57,030 nucleotides of DNA, from assembly GCA_032718475.1 (NCBI GenBank), contig JAUCBJ010003651.1:1-57030 (forward strand), written 5' to 3'. A program made the position numbers and the translations under genes. This DNA comes from Nemertoderma westbladi (lineage: Eukaryota; Animalia; Xenacoelomorpha). The notes beneath the pieces were generated by a model that did no database searches, was not told where the DNA came from, and worked only from the letters and a program-made list of their open reading frames with translations. This document shows positions 1 to 13,610 of this stretch, one piece after another (positions within the stretch are counted from its first letter, which is position 1; each line of letters begins with the position of its first letter).

Positions 1-837
1 ACCTGCTAGGGGCTGCTACTAAGCAGCAACCAATCATGTTAATCCTGTTTAACATAGAGTCAATGAGAATGGAATATTGCTAACTTCAAAAAGTTCAGGT
101 TACCATTATTCCAAAGTAATCAGATATTACAGTAATTAAGCGGCTGGTGTTAGTCAGTTAGTAATCGAGTAAGCCATAGAATATTATATGGTACAATATT
201 ACAATGAGGTAAACTGTAAATGAAATATTTATTATATATAGGCCTAGTTAAGTCTAGGTTTAGGCCTAGTAATAAACACGTTGTGGGGTCTTCGAGCAGC
301 ACGTGTTCAAATGTTCAATGACTCAGCAGCGACTAATTAACAAATTTATGAGAGATTCATTGACCAGCTACCGACAGACCAATATTGTGACATATATTTT
401 AGTTTAATGTTTGATTCAATTAGAGGCACAAATTAAAAAGGCTACAAATATATAGGGGTGAATAATTAAATTAGTCACCCATTTAGGCCTAAAAGGTAGC
501 CAAATATAAGTTGCAATCTATATAAATTTTTGAATTCAGTAGTGTGGGTGTGTTGTGTATTGATTCCGTAGATTTCATGTTGAAATAGCGTTCATTAATT
601 GAATTTCTATTTAATGATTCATGCATACTAATACACACATTAAATTAGTTCGCGTGTGTTAAGTGTGTAAGATTTGATTGTTTCGTCACGAAACCATTAG
701 GGCACAGAAACTGACGGATTCTTCGCGAATTTCGCAAACGTCGCAAACTTCGGGAATTTGTTCTACAATTTTGACTCCTTAAGCAAAAGGGTCCCGAATG
801 AGTTTTTTAACCTTTATTTTTTGTGATTTTGAGTGCT

Positions 838-1080
838 TTTTTTATACTAGTGAATATTCTAGAACCTTAGATTTTTAATGGTATATAGCTAGTATTTTTT
901 ACTAGCTAGTAATTTTTGGAAATTATTTTGGTCATTAATATATTCTTCAACAGTTTAACCTGAAATATCATGGACTTTCACATTTTTTATAATTTCAAAA
1001 AATACTAGCGAGCAAAAAAACACTAGCTATCATAAAAAACATATCTACTAATGTTGTAGAACTTTCACCAATACCAAAAA
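838..1080. repeat. Imperfect internal palindrome (~90-bp arms)
   Basis: atagctagtattttttactagctagtaatttttggaaatta (~885-927) pairs with taatttcaaaaaatactagcgagcaaaaaaacactagctat (~990-1030); weaker pairing extends outward. Confidence 0.6.
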
Positions 1081-2033
1081 AATTATTTAAAACATTTATT
1101 TATTAATAATGCAATAACTGAATAACCAGATAACGGAACGACAAACCGAATTGAAACTTTTAATTACTAATAATAATTGTGGTGAGAGGTGTTGGAAATC
1201 AAGGATATATGTTGTTATGTTATGGAGCACGCGTTGTTGGTAGGCACAGGCAATGAATTGATGTCTGTTGAGATGTATTGAAGGAGCACTATTCATTCAT
1301 TAGTAATAATATTAATGTCATTGAATAACTGATACCTAAACACACACACACACCCCCGTCAGCCAGTTCTATGGAGAGTGAGTGAATGTTTAGGGAATTA
1401 ATGCTATCCTACCATCCCCAACCAGCAGCAGTCTGCCTCTAACAGGCCAGGACATTCTCAGCGTTGCTAAGACACGGGAAGGAATTACTCCGTATTGACT
1501 GTCATTAGGTGGTTAGAGCCTGCGTGTGAATTAATTGATAAAAATGCAATTTTAATTGTAAATCAATAAATAACTATAAAACTTGACATTAATCTCGAGT
1601 ATAAAGTAAAGACTTTGATAGAATGGGACACGGCGAATCTACCCATGTTAATTTTATACCAGATGGGATAAATGTTACCCCCCTAAATAATTAATTACCG
1701 ATAGAAGAATCGAAATAATTCGATTCAACCATACAATTTAACTGAAGATATTAACTTCGATTATGGCTTCCGACATTTATGGCTACCGACACACACACAC
1801 ACACGTCACACACAGACTTTTGAGAAACGGCCATAGTATAATTATATCAGTTCGCTGATGGCTCGCCATACGTGTCTCGCCCCACATACTGTACTTATAC
1901 AATATCTCATTGAAGTACTTGCCACGTAGTATATTCAATGTGGGCAAAATACATTCAGACAGGCAGACAGGTCTCATATATCGTGTTGCGTTTTACTCAA
2001 ACAACTTTTATGATACCAACCACTTCGTCCAAA

Positions 2034-2804
2034 CGGGGTGTAAGTAAATGAAATGCCGACAACCAGACAACTGACAGCCAACACCGACCAGGCTGCAAAC
2101 CACCACTGAACCGCGCACAACGCCTGCGCACAATTTTTCACCCCCGCAATAAGCAATATAGGAAAATATACCGCGCATGCACTGAAAAAAACGTGTACAC
2201 CTCATTTTAACAAAAAAAAAACGAAAAACAAAGGTGAGCGAAGCGAGCAAAATTTTTCATTAACAATGCAAAATGAAAAAGAAACGCGAGCAAAACTCAA
2301 AGTGAGTGAAATTTAGACATTTGAGCAATCTGACAATGCAAAATGAAAAGAAACGCGACTGAAGCGAGCGAAATTTTTTGTGGCTAATTATTTTTCTCAA
2401 CTTGCATGCATGAAATACTTTTTTATAGGACAACCTCATCCGCCTGTCCGCGCACTTTATGACTTTTGATATCTTGCACAGATTACTGCGCACTTTTGTT
2501 GTCTTTCATATAATTTCGCGCACTTTTATTTCAATTCCACGCACTTTTACCGCGCACTATTTCAAATACGCGCACAACGCGTTGCGATTTTTGCACTTCA
2601 TTTGCCGCCTGTAACACCGACAACCATTATTAAAGCCAATTAATTAAATGTTATTAATTGAGGGAAAGGAACAGGTTACAGTACAGGAAGGTTAGTCTAG
2701 CCAAATCAAACAAGAGTTACGAACTCAGGATATATTTTCATATTTGCTGTTGTTGGGCAGTTGTCTGGTGGTTGACGGTTGTCGGCGTAGTGTTTACACC
2801 CCTG
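2034..2804. mobile_element. hAT-like MITE
   Basis: Ends cggggtgtaa...ttacacccctg; subterminal gccgacaacc/cagacaactg mirrored by cagttgtctg/ggttgtcggc; TSD not clean. Confidence 0.45.
2089..2611. mobile_element. Nested hAT-like MITE
   Basis: TIR caggctgcaaa / tttgccgcctg; flanked by near-direct repeat aacaccgac; gcgcac subterminal repeats. Confidence 0.5.
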
Positions 2805-4794
2805 CAAACGCTACATCATATCCATTCAATTGGTCCAAGGTCTGTCTGTAGCATTCCCAACATGCGAGTAGCAAAAATAAGTGCTGGCAGGCTGGACAAC
2901 GTGGTAATGGTTTAGTTTCGCTGTCGGTTCTCCTTTTATTAATTTTTTGTTTGTGTCTCGATAACTCAGAGGTTGTTGTGTACTTATTATCGCATAAACA
3001 GATAAATTACATTCCACTACTTTTTTAATCGTCTCATTATTGCTCCCATGTACTGTAACTACAATGATATATTAACAATTTGCTTTGATGTACCTACTGT
3101 TCTTCTGCCTGACGCCTGACTGCTTTCGGTATAACTTGTATAATGAAACAGAAAAGGCCAGTCTCAAGGGTAGGTGTGGGCCAAATAGAATAGTGAATAC
3201 AGATACTGAGATATGGAATAATGTTAACCTGAACATTTTCATGTTAGCAATATTCCATTCTCATTGACTCTGTGTTAACACGATTAACGTGATTGGTTGC
3301 TGCTTAGTAGCAGCCCGTAGCCGCATTCTTCAACCACATCACTTGGTGGGATAAATATTTCTCCATTTGACGCAACACCGCCGCGGCCGCTATGAGGGAG
3401 GTGAATACCGCGGCCGCTCCTAAAGCCGCAGGCCATCGCTAACTATATAGGTTAACTTGGGATTCTGGGGGACTTTTCGATGAAGGAACAGACCAATTTT
3501 TTTTATTTTCGCACCAGGGGAGTGACTCGGAATTCTAAGATATTAGCCACTCTAACATTAGCAAATCTATCCCCTCGACGGACACGGCGGACAAAAAACC
3601 GTCATTTTTTTGACAATTTTAAAAATTTTTTGAAAGGCGCTCTACAGTGGCTCGAAAAAACCCTAGGTTATTGCTTAACCGACGCCGGGATACGATAGAA
3701 GGGATTAATTAGTGAATTCGTTTTTTTTTTCAAAAAAGATTACCACGCCTTTTTCCCGAAATTGTCCGTCAAAGTTGAAAAAACGGACAAAATAGCTTTG
3801 CGGGATCCGCTCTGACTCGGCTAATATTAATCGTACGGGGACGAAATTAACGCGGTTGGAAAGGGGAAGAGTGGTACTACCTTCGTATCGAATGGGGGTA
3901 AGATATTTATTAATATTTCGGGTGGAAAAAGGGGCCGTAACTTTGTCCGTTTTTTCCATCTTTTTTACATAATTATTATTTCCAAAATTTTTAATTCGAC
4001 AACGCTAGTAGGAATCTGCCAATTCTTTTTCGGAAAGCGTAGAAGACCACAGGGGCTACATTCCTATCGAATGGGGGTACAAAAAATATGTAGGCAAATG
4101 GGTCCAAAAAGGGCCAGAAAATAATAAAAAGTCTATAACTAACAACTTTTTTATTTTTGACTCTTGAAGGTTAAAGTACAGTTTATACGGTTAATATCGA
4201 TACGGGGAATCCAAATATTCGATTGGTTTTGCCGCGCAAACGATATTAAAAAAATTAGGGCCCAAATTATAATTTCACGCTTCAAACTCGCTTCGCGGGA
4301 ACTCGTCTAGTTCGAAAAATACATAAGGTCTGGGAGACTTATTTAAACAGTCTTATAGAGCGTCAAATTATCTATCTTTCAACGGTAGTTACAGCGCCAT
4401 AGCTATTATATAACTGAAGCGGCAGACGATCGTGTGAAATATACTACTTATAAAAAAGGGACGAAAAAATTTTTTTTTAATAAATCGTAAAATTAAAATT
4501 AAAATAAAATTATAATTTAACTTTTTGCGCCAAAAGTTCCTGTAAAATGTAGCAAATTAATTCCACTATCTTTTTTCTTAACATTTATAATTAAAATAAC
4601 GAGTTTTAAGGGTCGAAAAATATCGCGTAATTTTGGCCCTTTTTTTTCATTTTTTTTGGGGCCAAAAATACCCCCTCTCAAAAGATAGAAAAAAAAATTA
4701 CGGCAAAGAATATACCAATTTTATTGAATTTGGAGCACCAGAACCGAAATTTAGTCAAAAATTAAAAATATTTTTTTTTGCAAAAAATTAAGAA

Positions 4795-4868
4795 TGGTCA
4801 ATATTGGGTTTCGAACCCACGAACTTAAGTATCGTTAACGTGATTGATTACCAATAGACTACGTGACC
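4795..4868 (-). pseudogene. Degenerate tRNA-like sequence (tRNA pseudogene or SINE head)
   Basis: 74 nt; GGTCA...TGACC-A acceptor-like pairing, A-box-like TAGTCTATTGG, T-arm GTGGG-TTCGAAA-CCCA; anticodon arm does not pair. Confidence 0.4.
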
Positions 4869-5719
4869 AAGAGAATTTGAAATTTTCGAGTGATTATTTT
4901 TAAACATCAATAACTTCTGTTCTACTGGGCCGTTTGATCTGAAACTTTTTTCATTGGATAGAGGATAGATTGTAGTGTGTGAAATAGGATACAACTTGGG
5001 AAAAGACGCATGAGCACTTAGTGCATAATGCACTTAAAAAGTACACATTTTTTCGATATTTCAAACACTATTATTTCCAGTTCCATTCATCGTAGAATGT
5101 TATTTTTTGGATTAAAATGTAGTTTGGAGTGATTTCTAACTATAATCGTAACATTTGTTTAACTTTTTATGTATATAAAGTGAAATACCCATGAATATGG
5201 TCCAAAATCGCAAATGTCGCGATTTATTAAATTAGATTTTTTACACTTTTAGTGACTGACACTTGATCATACACCATCGTAGATCGGTACAGTAGAGGAT
5301 AAACATAAGTTTGTTAAATAAGAGCCACCATTACGATCTGTTAAAGTGCACTTGTACAAATAAGTGTGCAAAAGTGCAAATTTTTTAATAAGGTCAAATT
5401 ATATAGCATTGGGTTCTTTTCTTTGCAGATACTTTATTTTCATATTAATATGTTGTTTGGCTCATACTGAGCGCATTAGGGATATGCGTACAAATAAGCG
5501 GCCCTTATTAAGGCTTCGATTGGGTTAATAAATAAAACATAAGGTTGTAATATTCTAAAAAACCAGTGTGATATTAAATGCACTTTAAACAATAAATAGA
5601 GATCAAATAACAAATGGACTACACAATTAAAAACTCTCACAATTTTGTACTTATTATATCGCTTCAAATTAATTTAACAGTGGATATTTGGGGGAAGGGG
5701 GAAGTTACAGTGTGCATTC

Positions 5720-5768
5720 GGGGGAAGTTTGGTGAACTGCATTTATGCAGTGAATCCAAACTTCCCCC
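5720..5768. repeat. Stem-loop (13-bp outer and 6-bp inner stems)
   Basis: gggggaagtttgg...ctgcat tt atgcag...ccaaacttccccc. Confidence 0.6.
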
Positions 5769-6445
5769 TTTTAGATATCGTATACTTAAGACATGCTCGG
5801 TTGTCAGGGAAATAATTGTTACTGTCACACTTTGCTTCCATTTATCCTATCCTTTATTATTACCCCAGTCAGATAAGAGATAATAATCAGTAAAAACCAA
5901 ACTAAACTGTCTTTCATGCAAACAAATTTCTAATTAAAGACGGGTGAATGACCATGACCATGGAAATAATTTTAAATATAATCGTATATCAACTCTTTGG
6001 GGAGGCTTCCAAACCCAAAAACAATTATTTCGTTACATATAATATAGTAAATAACGTTGTATGTTCTTCTTCCTCTCATAATAAAATATATATGAAATAT
6101 CTCTGATCGCTGTGCCCTAAACATTTCACAACCAAAATGTTTCAGTGTGAAAAGTGTAGGCCTACCACACCCCGCCCAAACAGCCGCAAACGCATAGCCA
6201 ACAAATTTAACAAAAGGTTACATACATGTTGTTGGGTTCATGACGAGATGAGTGAAAATTGATTGCGTAATATAAAGTAAAAAATTAAGAGACGGGCCTG
6301 GCTCTTCTCCACTTTCTTACCCAATGGAAATGTTGTTGTTATAATCTAATAACAACAATTGACAAGACTGGGTAAGACTGTAAGACTGTACTGTACGCTT
6401 GGTACTGCTGTGTGACTGACTCACTGCTGTACTGCTGATCTTCTT

Positions 6446-6682
6446 ATGGATCCGGATAAATTTAGCGCGCACCAAGAAGAAATCCTCAGACTATTCAGGA
6501 ATGCCAAATTGAAAAAGAGTGTATCTAATGAAGATGAGAAACTAGTAACGGATAAACTGATGGACATGTCGGCCATGTTCACCTCCTGTTTGGGTAGGCT
6601 CGCAAATGCTCAACAGGAATCGATATCCTCGAAAGACAACCTGATAAAGATCCAGTCTTCCAGATCCGTTACCCCGCCCCCA
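6446..6682 (+). pseudogene. LINE ORF1, N-terminal 79 aa (before CACTA insertion)
   Basis: ATG at 6446; codon CCA at 6680-6682 joins in frame to 10003 once the insertion and one CA copy are removed. Confidence 0.8.
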
Positions 6683-7544
6683 CACTGTAAAAAATGATTC
6701 AGTGAACTACCTTACCTTAGTTAATGCCACATAAATTGGCCGTATTCTATATGGTAAATCACCTTAACATAATCACGAATAAATTTCACCGTATGATTAA
6801 GTTAAGTTTTCATAAACAACATTAGGTGTTTCGCCATAGTTATTTTATGGCCTGTGGCTTTATGACATCTTGTATATTTTCACCAGAAATTGCAAATTTT
6901 TGACCATAAATTATTTAAGGGAAATCCTAATTAACCGAAATATGATTAAATTGGAGGCAGATTTGAATTCCGGCGGTCGGTCACATTGTAGACATTTTAT
7001 TTCAGTACGGTACAAGGCCTACTGTACTGTACTACTGTACTTAGTACAGTAGGCCTTGGTACGGTACATTACTGCATTCTCTGTTATTATAACTGTTGCA
7101 GTTTGCAGTGCAGCTGTCTCTGGCTGTACCGGTAGCTACTATGCAGTACAGCAGTAGGCCTAATAGAGAAATATCTTAATCTGTCGTCTGTACAGCTGCA
7201 CTGCTGTAGGCATACCTACAATAATTATAGAAACTACTGCTGGCGCAGGACAGGAGTAGGCTTCTACTGTTCTACAGTTGTACCGGTCACTGGCTGACCG
7301 GTAGCTGCTATTACAGTATTACTAGCTAATGCTGTAATGTCTGATTGTCTGAACCTACCAGCCTACAGCGCTACAGCATACAGACAGACAGATGACATAT
7401 TTATTCAGACAGTGCAGCAATGTAACGGTCAGCGGGCTACTGGTCAGTAGGACTACTGCAACCAGCCAGCCAGCAGAGCAGAGAGCAGACCGGTAGTGTG
7501 GTAAGGTACCGGAACCGGTCTGCCGGTACCCTGGGCAATGGGTA

Positions 7545-8950
7545 CCGTAGAACGGAGCTACTTTGATACCCTGGGGTTACTTTGATTTCACTGGGGCTTC
7601 TTTGATATTTGACACAAATACTGTACCTTAATGATAAGACTGTAAGATAAACAGCACTCCAGTACAGAACCGGCTGACCGGTAGTGGTAGGCCTACAGTC
7701 AACAATATAATATCTTTCTACCATATATCATTACACCTAAACAACCTTACAGCCTTAATTTAGTATCGGTACTTTCTTGTACTGTTATAGATATAGGCCT
7801 ATCTGCCTATTCCTGTATTCTATGTACAAAATACTGAAATATAATAGAATATAATATAATGCAATTCGCCGAGTTAAAGAACATGGAGAAAGTATTAAAT
7901 GTGTAAGTAAAAAGCTGAAAATACCCTATGGGACACTGTGGAATAGAATTAATAAGCACCATGAGGGATTGGCTGGTCATCCTACAGCAACGACTAATGA
8001 AGTGGAAGTGAAAGTTGTACAGGCCATACAGCCATAAATATCTTAGCTCGTTGGAGAAAACCAATTGAAGGGATTGAAGTCTGTATGATGGTCCAAAACA
8101 TGCTAAATATTGCAGGGAAAGTAGTGAAAGAATTTAACTCAGCAAGGACTCAAGCAGGACCCGAGACAAACCTTCCAGGACGCGATTGGCTTGAAATGTT
8201 CCTTGTTAGACACAAGCTAACCAAACGCATCGCAGACAATGTTACTCCCGCAAGGGCAGAGGTTGGTGAGAAGCAACTTAATGCCTTCTTTAACAATTAC
8301 GAAGCTGAAGTAACAGATGTGATTCCACCATCTAACATTTTCAATTTTGATGAAACCAATGTGAGCAACCGGCCCAGCAGCCTGGGGACAAAAGGGTTAT
8401 CTGCAAGCGTGGTTTGAAACGTGTGGAGCGTATTCTCTCAAAATCAAAACAGGTGGTCTCTCTTATGTTCAGTGGGTCAGCGGATGGTAATTTATTGCCT
8501 CTTATGGTGATATATAAAGCTGGAAGATACGATCCGGAATGGGGAATAGGGGGGCCATCCGGCACAATTTACGATGCAACAGAATCAGGATGGTTCGAGG
8601 GTTCGATGGTTTCGATGTACTTCGAGGTATTTCTACCAGCTGCCAATAAACTGAATGGGAAAAAATTCTTATTGGTGATAATCTGTCTAGCCACCTCTCT
8701 ATTAAAGTTGTTCTTAGCTGCAAATCAAATAATATTAGTTATATTCCTCTTGTTCCTAATGCCACTCACATACTACAACCCTTGGATGTGGCCTTTTTCA
8801 GACCTCTGAAGACAGCTTGGCGGGCAATACTAACCAAGTGGGGTATTGAATCTGTGAAAAGCTTTGACTACGTTATTTTATTTACTTTAGGCCTTATTTA
8901 TGCTTTTAATTTCGTTTTCCCAAATGGTTTTTTTTTTGAGTTTATTGCAA
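7545..8950 (+). mobile_element. pogo/Tigger-family DNA transposon relic (3' TIR not found)
   Basis: TA|CCGTAGAACGGAGCTACTTTGAT...GGGGTTACTTTGAT pogo-like 5' end followed by degraded transposase; right boundary approximate. Confidence 0.6.
7860..8850 (+). pseudogene. pogo/Tigger (HTH_psq + CENP-B HTH + DDE_1) transposase pseudogene
   Basis: Fragments AIRRVKEHGESIKCVSKKLKIPYGTLWNR, PGRDWLEMFLVRH, NIFNFDETN, SGWF, QPLDVAFFRPLKTAW across stops and frameshifts. Confidence 0.85.
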
Positions 8951-10002
8951 GTTTGATAACTGGCCATAAAGTAATAAAAAACTCTCAGGCTGGGCGAATT
9001 AGGAACAATGTTTTTCAATATTAGTCATGAAATAACAATGTTTTGCAATATTTGTTAACACGTTATTTGTCATGTTATTGTTTACTATGTTATTTGTCAA
9101 TTTGTGTAACAATGAATTGCAATATTAGTTTATTTAGTTTTAAAAAAAGTTTTCCATATTTCATCTAGAGCAGATTTATATCAAGATTCCAAATTTGAAA
9201 ACGGTTTAGCAAGATCTGTCATACTTCTCGAAATGGTTCTCTATCCGATGGACTGTCGGTCTGCCCGTCAATAAAAAGAATACTATCTGTCTAAAAAAAT
9301 TCCTATATGGGTTTTCTTGGTCGGTGACTTCATTTCTGATGTCAGTATTCAAATTTGGCCTTGTCGTTTCTGTTTGTATGTCTGTCCGTCAAAATATAAC
9401 AGACAGCCAAACAGACAATTTGGAAATCATCAAACGATAAAACTGACAATAGAAATGAATTCTGCGAACAGGAAAACCCCTATAACTAAACTTTTACCTC
9501 GATGGTGTGACCTTCATATTCGACGGATAGATTGTCGGATAGTCCGAAAGACCGACAGAGAGACATACAGAAAAACTAGATTTCACTTAAAGTGAAAACT
9601 GACCTCGAAATGAAATCAGTGACCAGGAATACCCCCATAGCAAAAATCATAGCATGTACATGGTGAATCACCAGATATAAACGTATTTTAGCCATAACAT
9701 GTTCCATGGTGAACTAAAGACAGCAGGGTCAATTGCACCATAATTATTTTATGGCGAACCAGGAAATCCACAGATTTTCGCCATAACTTTATTATAGAGG
9801 TTTACCGCCTATATTATAGCAGAGCAGCTCCTATTTTGCCGTAAATATTTTATGGTGAATCACAAGAAATAAACCAGCTTTTGCCATATATTATTTATGG
9901 CCTTTGCATTAATTTGTTTAATACCTTTTACCATAAATGAGGTGCAGCAGGGCTATACGCGACCTTTTTATGGTGAAAAGGCTATTTATTTTTTACAGTG
10001 CA

Positions 10003-10572
10003 CCTACCAGTACCTCGGTTTCATATGCTGATGCTGCAAGGCCTACCGGTAACACTGGACTCCCACCCGGTACACAAACATCTGCTCCCCCTCCAGGACC
10101 TCCTCGATATTATAGACCCCCGGGCACCGCGCCAGTCGCTCGCGGCGTTAAGGTCGGAGGCCCTCTTCGCGCAGCACCGTCACCCCCACGTAATGCCCAC
10201 ATACATATCGGCAGACTAGTACCGTCAACAACTGCTGAAGATATCACATCGTATCTAACCGCTGAAGGAGTACCCTTTAGTGAAGTCAACCCTGTAACGT
10301 CGAGAATGGAAAACCCAACGTTTAATAGCTTTCACATTGTGTGCAACCAGTCCGATCGCGATCGAATCATGGATCCCCTACTTTGGGATAGCGGAATAAC
10401 CATCCGAAACTATCAATTACGCGGTGACGAACGTGCTCGGTATGGAGTCAGACCGCGAGAGAACGGGGATCTCGGCAACCAAATGTGGCCTCCTACGGGA
10501 CAAATGGCACTTATTCATTCGGACTCTCATCTCAACGACTCAAATCAAACCCAACAACACAACCCCCAGTAG
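10003..10572 (+). pseudogene. LINE ORF1, C-terminal 189 aa (RRM-type nucleic-acid-binding region)
   Basis: PTSTSVSYADAAR...IHIGRLVPSTTAEDI...FNSFHI...LWDSGITIRNY; same frame as track ORF 9937..10572. Confidence 0.85.
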
Positions 10573-13376
10573 GTACGGGGCGCCTCCTCAACATTGTTCT
10601 CTGGAATGTTGAGGGCCTACAGTTTATTCGCGATAATGTCGATGACAATGAACTAAGCAGTAGTGCAGATGTTTTACTCTTCACCGAAACTCTATATTGT
10701 AAGTCAGAAATTGATTTTCCAAACTATTACTCATTTATCCAGCCCGCGCTGAAACGCACCCGGGGTCGGCCGTCCGAAGGTATAATTATTCTATGCAAAC
10801 CGTGTTTGAATCCATCTATCGTGTCTCTGGATCGGAATTACATAGCAATTAAAACAAATTCGGGATATTTTAGTGTGTTTTACTTTAACCCTGATACTGC
10901 GCTAGAAGATATAACTCTCTCTATTAACCGAGCAATCTCATTCGCTGACTACAGTAAACCTATAGTGGTGTCAGGCGATTTCAACTGTCGATTGGATAAG
11001 GGTAACCGTGGAGCATGTTTATCAGATAATTTAAATCAACTCGGATTCTATTGTTTAAATGATCCATCTGCTCCTACCTACATCTCACCCCAGGGAGAAA
11101 GTGTAATAGATCTAGTGTTTATTCGTTACCCCTCGGTGGCTCCAAGCTGTCTACCACAGCTGCAAATCCACCTCAGTCCAATACGTAAACATCAGAGAGT
11201 CTCTGCAAACATATATCTTAATACAGACTCAAACCTTCAGATCCCCAGCAGGCCACATCGATATACACGAAAAATTGATTCTGGTAAACTTTCTAACCAT
11301 GCGAATCTTCAACTAGTGTTTGAAAATCTAGTAACTCATAGCGATATTAACACGGCCACACTACTTCTAAATGATGCTATAACCGGGTCTTCCAATTTGA
11401 TACGCCCCCGAGTAACCCATGGGAAGCCATGGTTTGACGAAGAATGCCGAAATCAAAAATCTACATTAATGGCTGCTATGTTGTCTCGTCACGTTTCTAC
11501 AGACGCTAACACCAACTTCTGGCGTCTACGGAAGCAATATAAATCTCTAGTAAAGGATAAACGAAACGCCTACGACAATGATAAACTATTGGATCTGATC
11601 GTCCGCGTCGAAATTACTCCCTGGTCCCTTTTCAAGCAGAAACATAAACCGTCGATTGCTCCCATTGATGCTACACGGCTCGAGGAACATTTTACGGACT
11701 TACTAGGAACTCCAAATGATCCTGAAGGAGTGGCTACTACCCCGGTTTCATCTGATCCCGAACGCGAGCTGGACGAGTGGTTCAATGAACAGTTTACAGA
11801 ATCGGAAATTCTAGAGACAATTACCGACCTACCAAACAACAAGGCGTGCGGACATGACGGCATATACTATGAGCACATAAAACTGGGGATTCCACAACTT
11901 TTATCATTAATAACTCTACTCTATAACGTCTGCTTTGATATTGGGAAATTGCCTTCAATCTGGAAAAATAGCGTGATAAATATTCTTTATAAAGGGAAGG
12001 GGAAAATCACGGACCCCGACAACTACCGCGGGATAGCTCTTCTGTGTGTTCTTCTGAAAATTCTCACGTCGACTATTAACAAGCGAATACGCAGCGCTCT
12101 CGCTAACTTCATTCCACTCGAACAGTTTGGTTTTGTCCCTCAACGATCTACAATACATGCTATATCGAAGTTACTTCAGGACATTACAACAGCCTTTAAC
12201 TCGCCCACTAGACAATCAAGAATAACATATGCATTATTTGTTGATTTCCGGAAGGCGTTTGACCTTTTAAGCCGTAAAGTATTACTAAACAAGCTCTACA
12301 ACTTAGGTGTGAGGGGAAAGACCTTCGACATAATAAAGGAATTGTTATGTAATTATTTCCGCATCTTTGATGGTCTCCGTTACTCGAACCTCATTGAACA
12401 ATTACGAGGGATTTTACAGGGGGACTGTCTGAGCCCCACCTGCTTTATTTTATTCATTGCCGACCTAGCAACGGCACTAAGAAATGTAGCTGCCTTACTC
12501 AAATTCATATTCTATGCAGACGATTTGGTGATATACTCCAGTAACAGATGCGACGTCCAATCAGCTCTCGATGTTATATCCAACTGGTGTAAATTAAACG
12601 GTATGGAAGTAAATTTATTGAAAACAAAGATTATTAAATTTCGCAAGGGCGGTCGATACAGCAAAGACGACAAATTCACATATTGAAATAATATAGTCAA
12701 ACTCGAGAATAAATACGAATACCTAGGAATTACGCTTCAGCCTTCATTATCATTCACACAGCATATTCAATTAAAGAAAATAAAGGCATTTGGAATTATT
12801 GGCTCAATACAGCACCTCCGTTTATTATCAATTGACACTGCCATCAAAATTTTTAATTCTAAAATAGACCCTTTGGTAACATACGCGTTCACAGAAATCG
12901 GTCCTTATTTTACACTGGCACATTTAAAAGAAGTAGATAAAATAAAATCAGCATTCGCTAAATCAATGCTGGCCTTACACAAATCCGCATCTTCCACTAT
13001 GGCACTAAAGCTTATTGATCAACAAATGTTTGTCGAGTGCATTCTAGAACGCAACCCAAATACCTTCAATCGAAACGCAATCTCATTATACAGAGTACAC
13101 CGAGAGGAACGCGAATTGAATTTCATCCAAGAAGGTTTTATAAACGGGCCCGCTTTCACCTCGGACATATGGAAACGCCAAAACCAGAAAAACCGACACG
13201 TTGTAACTCGGACAACTTCCCATGGTTTTCATTTTAAACTCTGCACCGATCAAACTCCTTTTCACCCGCTGTCACAGAACTGCGTCTGCCGATTCTGCCA
13301 GCACTCATGCTCGGACCGCTATCACTGTCTTTCATGTACCCTTTGTCCACCCTTATCAACCTTAGCACAACCATAA
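10485..13376 (+). pseudogene. LINE ORF2 (APE endonuclease + reverse transcriptase + C-terminal zinc knuckle) with one premature stop
   Basis: WNVEG, TET, GDFN, IDL (APE); NYRGIAL, QFGF, FVDFRKAFD, QGDCLSP, YADD (RT); TGA at 12684-12686 then same frame continues (KYEYLGI) into ORF 12873..13376. Confidence 0.92.
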
Positions 13377-13610
13377 TAAATCAATATAAGGCCTAACTAA
13401 ACTGTACTGTATCGACTTCAATAATTATCATGTTATTTCGGTGTATATAATATTATATGGTATTTAAATAAAATTAATTAATATACAGTCATTTTACCCC
13501 GACTGGGGTGTAGTTATTAAAAAAAATAATCTAATATTGGGGCGGCTTTCTCTCGTTTTATACAAAATGGAATAATGTTAACTGGAAAAGCCACGATCTA
13601 AGCATCAGTT

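Larger units (their letters stand above)
5..3321. mobile_element. Non-autonomous DNA transposon with ~108-bp imperfect terminal inverted repeats (superfamily unclear)
   Basis: 5-113 (gctaggggctgctactaagcagcaaccaatc...cattattcca) is the reverse complement of 3214-3321 with a few mismatches; no transposase ORF inside; TSD cannot be checked at the window edge. Confidence 0.7.
6683..10000. mobile_element. Non-autonomous EnSpm/CACTA (CMC) DNA transposon, 3318 bp
   Basis: Termini CACTGTAAAAAA / TTTTTTACAGTG; 2-bp TSD CA (6681-6682, 10001-10002); many tatggtgaa/ttcgccata-type subterminal repeats at both ends. Confidence 0.9.
6380..13480 (+). mobile_element. Two-ORF non-LTR retrotransposon, RTE-X-like, near full length, interrupted by CACTA element
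   Basis: ORF1 with SYADAA and RRM-like motif (IHIGRL..STT.EDI..SF..W..GI.IR); ORF2 with APE endonuclease, RT and C-terminal Cys/His knuckle; A/T-rich tail near 13465-13480; boundaries approximate; clade call from motifs (NYRGIAL, CxxC..H..C). Confidence 0.85.

Noticed and set aside
9170-9650. Imperfect inverted repeats inside the CACTA element
   Set aside because: Likely a MITE remnant, but termini and TSD could not be defined
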